A stretch of DNA of 64,000 bases from a virus (Duplodnaviria; Caudoviricetes). The stretch lies in IMG/VR virus record IMGVR_UViG_3300031867_000003, positions 1 to 64,000 of that record; one strand, written 5' to 3'. A program made the position numbers and the translations under genes. The notes under the pieces were generated by a model that had not been told where the DNA came from, did no database searches, and saw nothing but the letters and a program-made list of their open reading frames with translations. Shown piece after piece: positions 10,671-19,563 of the stretch. Numbering within the stretch: position 1 is the stretch's first letter; the number at the start of each line of letters is the position of its first letter.

Positions 10671-10845
10671 TCATCCGGTAGTGTTCAAATGATATTTTAA
10701 CAATAAATCTGTGGTTGTACATGGTTATAATTTATATATGTTATTAATTTTAATTATTTGTTATATGTATTAGTCCACGGTGCTAAAGTATTCAAGTTCT
10801 TTAGGGATGAACATTATTACAGTAAATTCTGGTTCTACTGGATGA
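10671..10845 (+). ncRNA. Candidate structured RNA downstream of coiled-coil gene A
   Basis: Nested stems TCATCCGGTAG/CTACTGGATGA, TGTTCA/TGAACA, CTGTGG/CCACGG around an AU-rich low-complexity tract. Confidence 0.55.
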
Positions 10846-10896
10846 AAAAACTTCTTCGGCAACGGAAGTACGGTTATAAGTTACCGCCTGGAGGAA

Positions 10897-11478
10897 ATGA
10901 TTATGATTAAGGCAAATGTAAGCAGAAGAAAATGGAGGAGCAAATCAGTGGAAAGAAAAATGAATAATGAAACAGTAGCAGTAACAGCGGAAAATATGGC
11001 AGTGGCTCCGACTATGTCTCCACCATGGATGAATTACTATAAAGAACTTAATGAATTGTTTAAAAGAGATCCCGAGGTAAAAGTAGAATACAATAAGGAA
11101 GATCATACAATTTCAATTTATGTAGAAACTAATACCAAGGCAGAGGCACTTGCAATTCTTCTTCCTCAGGAAAAAAGATTTGGCAACGTTGCGGTAAAGA
11201 TAAAGATAATTCCGGCAAATGACAACAAAAATATGGCAAGTATTTTCCGTAGTGCATTTGAGGGAAATGGAGCGTTTAAATATATTGATTTAGATAGCGA
11301 CAGTACTTATTTAGTTTTTGATAATAAGGTAGTTCAGTATTATAGCGATAATCTGGCAGACGTTAATAGAAATACAAGTACTCTCTACCAGGATATTGCA
11401 GATAGAGTATTTAAAGATACTCCACATAATGGAATTCATTTTTGTACTTATGATCCAGAAAAGGATTTTCAGTTCTGA
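10897..11478 (+). CDS. Hypothetical phage protein (true start may be downstream)
   Basis: SPPW..Y, VVQYYSDNL, STLYQDIA motifs; a paralogous fragment occurs at 60530-60673. Confidence 0.75.
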   Translation: MIMIKANVSRRKWRSKSVERKMNNETVAVTAENMAVAPTMSPPWMNYYKELNELFKRDPEVKVEYNKEDHTISIYVETNTKAEALAILLPQEKRFGNVAVKIKIIPANDNKNMASIFRSAFEGNGAFKYIDLDSDSTYLVFDNKVVQYYSDNLADVNRNTSTLYQDIADRVFKDTPHNGIHFCTYDPEKDFQF

Positions 11479-11553
11479 TAACAAATAATATGTTTATATA
11501 GTGAAACTCAACTTATGTGAGTGATCCACATAGCCGTGATAGGCGGTAAACTT

Positions 11554-11951
11554 GCGGATATGTCGGAATAGGCAGACGAAGCGGACTTTCTTCTTAGCGG
11601 ACGTTAAAGGAGAGCCTTATATTGGAAACGATATAAGTGGAGATGGCTAATTCGGCGAAAGGCTAAGACAACGCCGAGCTAAATTAAACAGAGGTGCTAC
11701 GAAAACCGGAATTAGAAATATTCCTTTGAATGGAAATTATCGAAGCGCTGTAGTTAAATGGAGTTTGAAGAACAGCCTTTGTTTATAAATGTGTAGAGAC
11801 CATATACCATCTACCTAAATCAAGATATTAATTTGACATGGTAAAGACATGGTCCAGACTACAACATGATTCATCATGGCTATGGAAACATAGAGTAGTA
11901 TGAAAATCCGCTGATGGTTTCATCATGTGGGTTCAAGTCCCATTATCCGCA
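11554..11951 (+). tRNA. tRNA-Leu(UAA) interrupted by a group I intron (exons 11554-11588 and 11903-11951)
   Basis: Spliced exons give acceptor GCGGATA/TATCCGC, anticodon stem GCGGA/TCCGC with loop CTT^AAAA, long variable arm and T arm GTGGG-TTCAAGT-CCCAT. Confidence 0.9.
11589..11902 (+). ncRNA. Group I self-splicing intron (314 nt, no ORF)
   Basis: U-G wobble in P1 at the 5' splice site, terminal G 11902, P3 AGATGG/CCATCT, P4-type TTCGGCG/CGCCGAG, P7 GACCAT/ATGGTC in R and S elements. Confidence 0.88.
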
Positions 11952-12086
11952 TTATGTGTTATATCGCGAAATAACACAGAAAGGTTATCCAGAGAATAGC
12001 ATTGAGGGAAAGAATTAGCAAAAGTGTGAGGGTGGCGATGGTGTAGCTAACCATAGTACAGATGTGAAGGTATGGAATAACTGAAA

Positions 12087-12168
12087 AGCGGTGTGTTGTA
12101 AAAGGTAGCATACGCCCGTAGACATGGGAAACGTGGGCGAGGTATTGGTTCGAATCCAATCATCGCAA
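12087..12168 (+). ncRNA. tRNA-like RNA with 17-nt anticodon loop
   Basis: GCGGTG/CATCGC acceptor, D arm, CGCCC/GGGCG stem, T arm ATTGG-TTCGAAT-CCAAT. Confidence 0.6.
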
Positions 12169-12381
12169 TCAGAAATAAGTAAAGCATCCTATATTGCGAA
12201 GAAAAGGATGGAATAAGTTGAAACGATATACACTTATTCACTTATGATGACTGACGCACCAGAATTTACTAATATATTACGAACGCAACAGTGTAACAAG
12301 TATCGGTTGATTGGTTCTGCCCATCGTGCGTGATGGTGGTCTGACTGTTGGGGCTGAGAACAGGACGAGTCAATACGGACA

Positions 12382-12578
12382 AATCAATACCAATTCAAAT
12401 CGCCGATAATGAGGTGAGGATGTTAAGGATTAAGTAGCGAAAACCATGAAAATTAAGAATATCTGCCGTGGATATGAACTTAAAAGAGTAATGAAAGAGT
12501 AACGAAGATGGCAACGCAAACCAACTAAAAGCGTTTCGGCGGTTGAGTAATTATTGACGAGGCGAATTGGTATTGATT
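12382..12578 (+). ncRNA. Candidate 197-nt long-hairpin RNA
   Basis: Perfect 15-bp terminal inverted repeat AATCAATACCAATTC/GAATTGGTATTGATT; no ORF; strand assumed. Confidence 0.5.
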
Positions 12579-12584
12579 ATGTTT

Positions 12585-12658
12585 GGAACATTGGCGCAAT
12601 TGGTTAGCGCAACCGGCTCATAACCGGTCGGTTCCAGGTTCGAGTCCTGGATGTTCCA
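12585..12658 (+). tRNA. tRNA with CAT anticodon (Ile2- or Met-type)
   Basis: Canonical cloverleaf GGAACAT/ATGTTCC, ACCGG-CTCATAA-CCGGT, CCAGG-TTCGAGT-CCTGG. Confidence 0.92.
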
Positions 12659-12680
12659 CTGTAGAAAATCAAACCTACAT

Positions 12681-12763
12681 TATGTGGTGGCGGAAAAGGT
12701 AAACGCATGGAAAGGCAGTTCAGATGAGGATGTCATGTAAGGTGCAAATCCTTACCCACATAA
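12681..12763 (+). ncRNA. tRNA-like RNA with 7/6 acceptor/T geometry and no canonical anticodon arm
   Basis: TATGTGG/CCACATA, D arm GCG..CGC, GTAAGG-TGCAAAT-CCTTAC. Confidence 0.6.
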
Positions 12764-12890
12764 ACAAAAAACTCTATATGAGTTTTTTATCAGAAGTGGT
12801 GCTTGCACCAAGTCTGGATTTTTTATTCGTTGCCGGTGTGTTAGTGAGCATTAAAGTGCGGTCGAAGGCCAAGACTGCCGCCGGCAATAC

Positions 12891-12981
12891 TGGAGCGTAG
12901 TTTAAGTTAATTGGCAATATTGTGGAAAAACATCCCCGGCGCCAATCGAGGAAGATGCATGTTCGAATCATGCCGTTCCTG
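12891..12981 (+). ncRNA. tRNA-like RNA with expanded D loop and irregular anticodon arm
   Basis: GGAGCG/CGTTCC, GTTT..AAAC around an enlarged loop, GCATG-TTCGAAT-CATGC. Confidence 0.55.
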
Positions 12982-13027
12982 CTTGAGAGATTATGTAAAT
13001 TAATTTATTAAACAAAGGAGAACCATT

Positions 13028-13660
13028 ATGAGAAAAATCACAGTAACAGAAGCATTGAAAGAACTGAAACTCTATGACGACAAAATTTATAAGGCAATCG
13101 GTCGTGCCGAATTTGTCGGAGCAGCTAAAAAGAACTCAGAATTAATCGGCCACAAAAAGAAATCTACCTACGAAAATGATGCAAAGTCATCGTTCGATTC
13201 TATCACGGCTATGATTGATAACCGAGACGCTCTCAAAAGTGCAATTGTCAATTCTAATGCGATTACCAAGGTAGAAATCGGCGGAATAACGATGACTGTC
13301 GCCGCTGCTATAGAAAAGAAGTCATCAATCGAGTATGACAAGAGATTTTTATATGCAATGAAAGAGCAATTTGATTCGGCTGTTTCCACCGTTGCCCGTG
13401 AGAACGCAAAAGTGGACGCTCAGTGCGACAGATTGATCGAAACACAGCTTTCCGGCGATAATAAGACAAAAATCGATAAAGTTGACATAGAAGCCTTTAC
13501 AGCGCCGTATAGGAAGCAAAGGGAATTTGCCATTGTCGATCCTCTCGATATTGAGAAGAAAATTGCCGAGTTGGAGTCCAGAATTGATGCGTTTGAAGCT
13601 GAGGTCGATACGAAGCTGAATGTGTCGAATGCACTGACGACAATAGAAATTGATTTTTAA
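13028..13660 (+). CDS. Coiled-coil protein, DIP1984/DUF6847-like (copy B)
   Basis: ITVTEALKELK, LKSAIVNSNAITKVEIGGITMTVAAAI, VDTKLNVSNALTTIEIDF. Confidence 0.6.
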   Translation: MRKITVTEALKELKLYDDKIYKAIGRAEFVGAAKKNSELIGHKKKSTYENDAKSSFDSITAMIDNRDALKSAIVNSNAITKVEIGGITMTVAAAIEKKSSIEYDKRFLYAMKEQFDSAVSTVARENAKVDAQCDRLIETQLSGDNKTKIDKVDIEAFTAPYRKQREFAIVDPLDIEKKIAELESRIDAFEAEVDTKLNVSNALTTIEIDF

Positions 13661-13681
13661 TTATTAAATAGCTAATAAATA

Positions 13682-14045
13682 TATTGCGACTATATCGAAA
13701 TTCGCAAACTTAAGCCCCTCGCCGGAAGGGTTATCCCGGCTCCATTTAAAACATAATATCGAGATGAAGCGATATGATATTATACAGTGATTTCTCATAT
13801 GAGCAGCATCAATGTTGCAATGCTGACGGGGTGAGAAACTAAGTGTAAATTGGATTAAGCGCTCAGTTATCATTGATCATTGTTTAGTGGATGCCACTGT
13901 GGAAGTGGCGATTTAGAATTTAGAATTCTTTTTATGTAGGGCTTAGGGAACTTAATTATTAATTTTCGATAAAATCCTCAACTAAAGTTTATGGGTATTG
14001 CTTATTCGACCTTGCGAATTGTACGAGGCTGATATAGTCGCAATA
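13682..14045 (+). ncRNA. Candidate 364-nt structured RNA downstream of coiled-coil gene B
   Basis: Perfect 15-bp closing stem TATTGCGACTATATC/GATATAGTCGCAATA; nested AATTCGCAA/TTGCGAATT and TTAAGCCC/GGGCTTAG; several internal hairpins. Confidence 0.65.
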
Positions 14046-14049
14046 ACAA

Positions 14050-14141
14050 GGGAACGTAGTTTAATAAGGTGCCAAAAATAAATCCTTAAGGCAAAACACT
14101 TTTGCGCAAAAGAGATGCAAGTTCAAACCTTACCGGTCCCA
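14050..14141 (+). ncRNA. tRNA-like RNA with D-loop hairpin insertion and minimal anticodon loop
   Basis: GGGAACG/CGGTCCC, GTTT..AAAC with inserted TGCC..GGCA hairpin, CTTTT-GCGC-AAAAG, GCAAG-TTCAAAC-CTTAC. Confidence 0.6.
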
Positions 14142-14207
14142 TTAGCCGGAGTAACACAGTTGTGTACAGGCTGCGAAGAAACGGTGAAAGCACATGTGTA
14201 ATTGGTT

Positions 14208-14280
14208 ATCTGTATCGTATAATGGTAAATTACGCCCGTCTTCCACTCGGGAAATGGTTGTTCGAATCGGCCTACAGATA
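14208..14280 (+). tRNA. tRNA-Gly(UCC)
   Basis: ATCTGTA/TACAGAT, CCCGT-CTTCCAC-TCGGG, GGTTG-TTCGAAT-CGGCC. Confidence 0.8.
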
Positions 14281-14723
14281 TAATGGTTGTCCAGGATTCC
14301 GGCTTATCTGATTGTGGATAAGATAAGCGAAAGCAGAAAGGCAAAATGACATATTCCACACATGTCTGATGCCCGTGGCAGAATAATATGCGAAGGACAT
14401 AGCTGTCAAAAACTGGTGACACTAGGGAAAGACCTGGAAGTACGTACTTGTAACTATGTGATTGATCAAATCAACTTTTTATCCCGTAACTTTCGTTACA
14501 AACCCCCGGCGGCTCGGAAAGACGAGCAATGCAATCATTTACTTAACAGAAACAGAAATGAGTAACTATAGTAGGTTTTGTGGTGAGGAAGTTCCTCGCC
14601 ACACCGTTCTTAAACAAGGTGTCACAAGACGGATTTCTGGCTTAATCAACTCCGCACGATGCGCAAATTAATTTCGTGGAACACGGCCTTGTTTGAGAAA
14701 ATAAAAAAAGGAGGTTTTTATTC

Positions 14724-15731
14724 TTGGCCAAGAGTAAAATAGAAGAATTAGGTAGGGATGAACTTTAGAAATTATTGGATGAATCCAGTAGTTATGCTGA
14801 GGTTCTTGAAAAATTAAAAATGTCTCAACACGGTGGTAATCATACAACGCTTAGGAAAATAATTGATAAGTGGAGTCTTGATTTAACCAAGATAAATGAA
14901 AATAGAAAACTAATACAAACAAGAGGTTTAAAAAGAGTAAATAAAGCAATTCCACTGGAAGATATTTTAACTGGGAAATATAACAAACCGTATAAAGGCA
15001 GTAATTTTAAAGATCGATTAATAAAAGAAGGATATAAAGAATATAGGTGTGAAAGATGTGGATTAACAGAATGGTTAGGCAAACCTATTCCGTTACAAAT
15101 CCATCATATAGATGGCGTTCACAATAATAATCTTTTGGAGAATTTGGAGTTGCTTTGCCCTAATTGTCATACGTTGACAGATAATTTCGGAGGTAAAAAT
15201 GTTAAACATCCGAAGATACTTAAAAAGGAAGACGCAAAAAGAGTAGCTAAAAAAGGAATCTCAGAAGACGGGTAGAGATTATATGACGGATACGGTAATT
15301 ATAAAATACTGTGCCCTATTTGTAAAACAAACTTTATGACTAGAGGTGCAGAAAAATGCAAAGAGTGTTACACAATAGACCATATAACTCCAAAAATACC
15401 TAAAGACGAGTTATATCAAGCAATAAATGAAACAAATAATTATGCTGAAATTGCTAGGAGATATCATTATCATGAAGATACAATTGCAAAATGGCATAGA
15501 TATTACGCAAAACAAGATAAAGAAAACGGTATAATAACTATCGCAAGTGAAAATGCTCCAGATAGAGAGACATTAAAAAAAGAGCTTAGAGAATTATCCT
15601 TTAATGAAATTGGAAGAATTCATGGAGATGTGAATGGAAATACTGTTAAAAAATGGTGTATATCATATTCACTTCCATATTTAAGATCTGAAATTGAAAA
15701 AATTAGTGAGGATGATTGGGTGGCTATCTAA
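14724..15731 (+). CDS. HNH endonuclease with two in-frame TAG codons (14766, 15273)
   Basis: GGAGG RBS before TTG 14724; CERCG..LQIHHIDG..NN..ENLELLCPNCH; track ORFs 14775-15275 and 15336-15731 share one frame. Confidence 0.75.
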
Positions 15732-15745
15732 CCATCCTCCATTAC

Positions 15746-15821
15746 AGGGCGTTCGCCAAGCGGTAAGGCACAGCATTTTGATTGCTGCATTTTTTCATCA
15801 GTTCGAATCTGATACGCCCTG
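15746..15821 (+). tRNA. tRNA-Gln(UUG)
   Basis: AGGGCGT/ACGCCCT, CAGCA-TTTTGAT-TGCTG, ATCAG-TTCGAAT-CTGAT; 9-nt U-rich variable loop. Confidence 0.88.
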
Positions 15822-15870
15822 CTCTAGTAATTACAACAAAAAATAATTTATTAAAAGCGAGGTAAACCAA

Positions 15871-16491
15871 TTGATTAAAGTAGAAAATATTGAAGTGTTT
15901 AATTTTGAAGGAGCGATTAGGGGGATGCGTAATCCTCTAAATAGTTGGTCTAAATCCGATAGCCATATGGAAACTGATTATGCTAATAACACAACAAAGT
16001 TTGTAATCGGAGAGAAAGATCTGGATTTAATGAGGAGATTATACAAAGCTGGTTCGGAACATCGCAAGTATTTAAGAATGATTCATGTAAGTATGGATAT
16101 TATTGCTCCAGATTATTTTTTCAAGGAATTTGATACTTATCGCGTTGGAGTTACGGAGAGTTCCACTTCTACTATGCACAAGCTGACGAGTAAACCGCTA
16201 ACAATTGATTGCTTTTCGCTGGAAGATATGAATCGGGAAGAAGCAAATGCAATTGTAGAACATAATGAAAAACGTAGACTAAATTATCTCGAGGACAAGA
16301 CTGAGGAAAACTGGAGATCTCTTATACAAGGGTTACCTATGTCATATAATTATCGAAGAACAATTGATATGAACTACGAAAATGTTATTACAATGATACA
16401 TCAGCGTTCCGGGCATAAACTTTCTGAATGGAGAAACTTTGTAACCATCCTCAAAGACCTACCATATATTAAGGAGATTATCAATGGATAA
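15871..16491 (+). CDS. ThyX-like (flavin-dependent thymidylate synthase fold) phage protein
   Basis: HRKYLRMI, EFDTYRVG..SSTSTMH, LPMSY..RTIDMNY, R..HKLSEW. Confidence 0.5.
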   Translation: MIKVENIEVFNFEGAIRGMRNPLNSWSKSDSHMETDYANNTTKFVIGEKDLDLMRRLYKAGSEHRKYLRMIHVSMDIIAPDYFFKEFDTYRVGVTESSTSTMHKLTSKPLTIDCFSLEDMNREEANAIVEHNEKRRLNYLEDKTEENWRSLIQGLPMSYNYRRTIDMNYENVITMIHQRSGHKLSEWRNFVTILKDLPYIKEIING

Positions 16492-19182
16492 AGTAGAAGC
16501 GCTCCGCGTCCTTACAAGAGAAATTGAATGTCAGATATATCGAATGGATAGCTGCGAAAAATATGATAACTGTGTCAGATGCCCGGTTGCATACGCAGAA
16601 GATTTGGATGCTATGAATAAGCTATTAATCCAAGCACTGGGCGTTGCTTCATGTGCGTTGAAGGATGCCATCAGATTGGAGGACGACCTGAAATAATGGA
16701 TATTGACGACACAACAAAGGTAAAAATCTGGCAAGACATGTATAAACAAGCTGCATGGGAACGAGATGTGGCAATTAAGCAACTTGAACAGTTAGGGTAC
16801 GAACTCGGTGATAATTATATTCGTGCGTCCACGAAATTGATAACAGAGGGTGAAATAATGGACAAAATTGAAATAGCCGCGAGAAACTACTCTAGAGAAG
16901 ATTGTGATGTAAATATGCTGAAGCGTTTAGCCGAGGATATTTACATTAGCGGATTTAAACGAGGAGTAGAAAAAGAGAAATTGGCAAAATCAAAAACCGT
17001 GACAAATAGTCACGATTTCGACCAGTGGTGGAGTGATTATATAACATCACATACCACGGAGAAAGATACTGACGAAAATGCCAGTAATAAAGTAGTCAAT
17101 TTTAAGCCTGGAGATAAATTTATTCTGGAGTTAGGGCAAGAGCGGAAAATGTTTGATGAGTTTGAGATCAAGGGGACGGACTTGTACGTTAGAACAGACT
17201 TGTTGGATAAATTGACGAGGTATGAACCGGAAGAGAAGACGGAAGTGAAGTCGGAAATCATATGTAATACTAATTGCGAGGGATTCATTTGCCATAAAAA
17301 CGGCATATATGGTTGGTGTCCGAAAGCGGAACGTTGGGGATGTGAATATTTTTATGAACTGGAAAGGCGAAATGATGGATAATCTGCTAAGTCGAGAAGA
17401 AGTAATCAAAGCACTTGATGCCGAATACAGATGTACGGATAAGGTAGATGATTGGGATGGCTTGAGCTTGGCAATATCAATCGTTGAGAATCTTCCATCA
17501 ACACAGCCAGAAATCATCCATTGCGAGTTTTGCGAACACTGGAAAAACAATCACTTGTGTGAATGTCTGAGCAGATACGGGACGTTTGAGACACCGAAAG
17601 ATTTCTTTTGTGGGTATGGAGAGGAGAAATGATGGATGACAACGGCTATGTAGCATTATCAGAAAAGGTGACTGCTACGTTTTATGATGATGAACACGAA
17701 GAGTGGACGCAGAAAACAATGACTATTGCAGATATTTTGGATAGCGTTTGCGATGATTATACGACGATACCATCTGCGCAGCCCGAAACATACAAAGAAA
17801 AATTGAAAGAAATTGCAGACGCATTATCAGAGAAATTCGCCTATATGAACACTTGTCTCAATGAAAGAGACATTATACTTGGCTATTTAGGCGTTAAGCG
17901 TCCTAGTAAAACTCATTGTAATACTGATTGCACAAATATTAAATGTGAAAGCTATCGTTACAACAAAAGGTTGCCCTCTGCACAGGCCGAAATCAATACA
18001 GACGAGGACACGATAAGTAGACAGGATGCAATCGAATCAGTGCTAAAGCTGACATACGCAGATGGGGCATATGGTTATGCGGACGCGAAAGAACTTGTTG
18101 ATTCGCTCGAAGCATTGCCCTATGCACAGCCGGAACGGAAGAATGGGAAGTGGATTGGATATGATGGCGATTGGCTTAAAACTATGTGTAAGTGTTCGGA
18201 ATGTGGAGCGATGATAGATATCAATGAGAAATACAGAAATTTTTTCTGTTATCATTGCGGTGCAAAAATGGAGAGGTGAATTTATGAGTGACACAATAAG
18301 CAGACAGGCAGCGATTGATGCCGTAAGCGATGCGTGTTTTGAATTGCGAGGCGTTTTTGGGCGGTGCGAAGATGCCATTAAAGCCTTGCCATCTGTACAA
18401 TCCGAACGCAAGACGGGGCGGTGGATACGTAGTGACAATAAATTGGTGCCGTATTATTGCTCTTCGTGCACAGGAAGATTTAATTATGAGTGGAAATTCT
18501 GCCCGAACTGCGGTGCGAAGATGATGAAGGACGGTGAGTGATGAATGAAAGATATTACATTTAACGATGTTCTCGACCGATTTAATGACACTTTTCCGTT
18601 TGCTCATGTTGCTGATTACAGACCGATATGCCATGAATTATTTACGGACGGGAAACCTGGAATAACTATTTGGTTAGATAACGGAGATGTGATCGAATAC
18701 TATCCGAATCTGAAGGAAGGTGAATTGCGATGAAAAAAGTAGGAGACATAATCATCAATCCTTACGTTCCAAAAATATTTAGTGGCGAGCTAAATCCGAA
18801 TTATGCAACAATCTATATCGGCAATAATAGATCATTAGACTATAGAGGTAAAATTCATGAATGGTGTGACAAGGTATATAAAGACGATAGATGGAAGGTA
18901 ATTGGGCATCACGATTTTAATCTGCGAGGAGTGATAGAGAAAGCGGTAAAGGACGGTGAAGGGTAAATGAACGAACCATCATGTACAAGTTGTGAGCATA
19001 TAGCTGACTTTGCGGGTAATTATACCGAATGCGTTTTATTGCATAGGTTTGTTGATTGGTACTATTGGAAGAATTTATCTCCGGATGATTGTCCAAAACT
19101 GAACTGTGATAATGAGAGAGAATATGACTGCAAGAATTGCGATTTTATTGATTGGCTTATCAAGGAGGAGAATGAGAAATGA
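16484..19182 (+). other. Cluster of small hypothetical genes, many Cys-rich, several built from SRQ.AI..L..LPSAQPE and CxxC modules
   Basis: ORFs ending 16696, 17382, 17632, 18279, 18541, 18733, 18966, 19182 with ATGA/TAATG coupling. Confidence 0.7.
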
Positions 19183-19361
19183 TTTATAAGTATGGAATGA
19201 GATTGCGCGGGTTTTCGCCTGGATGCCAACCAAAAGATGGTTTCATCGGTAGGGAAGATGATCCGAGTGGTCGGTATTATGATATTCTCGTTTACGAAAG
19301 ACCATTAACTATGGAAGAGATTATGAATTACGAACTGGATTATTTAAAAGAAAATAATTAA
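19179..19361 (+). CDS. DarA C-terminal-like small protein
   Basis: YKYGMRLRGFSPGCQPK..GRYYDILVYERPLT.EE..YEL pattern. Confidence 0.5.
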   Translation: MIYKYGMRLRGFSPGCQPKDGFIGREDDPSGRYYDILVYERPLTMEEIMNYELDYLKENN

Positions 19362-19430
19362 TTATTAAATTTAGTATTGCAAATGTATAACCGATGTGCT
19401 ATACTCACAGAGTAGCAATTAATTATTAAA
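19358..19430 (+). promoter_or_regulatory. SigA promoter flanked by two TTAATTATTAAA boxes
   Basis: Boxes 19358-19369 and 19419-19430; TTGCAA 19377-19382, 17 bp, TG-extended TATACT 19400-19405. Confidence 0.8.
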
Positions 19431-19563
19431 TGCAAACGGGAGGAATCCACCATGGGAGTAATTGTTATCACAACTATGGGATTGTTGTTATTTGGGTTGG
19501 TCCACTCGAGCGTAACCGGCGGAGAATTAGAATTACTTAGGAGGAGGTTGACCGATAACACTG

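Noticed and set aside
12355-12385. Hammerhead-like GACGA-GTC..GAC-AAA segment
   Set aside because: Lacks the required CUGA and GAAA core
14102-14671. Short plus-strand ORFs (14102-14311, 14362-14565, 14462-14671)
   Set aside because: No RBS; they overlap tRNA and hairpin elements
11480-15821. Amber suppressor tRNA (CUA) or tmRNA
   Set aside because: No cloverleaf with a CTA anticodon and no tag reading frame found by eye
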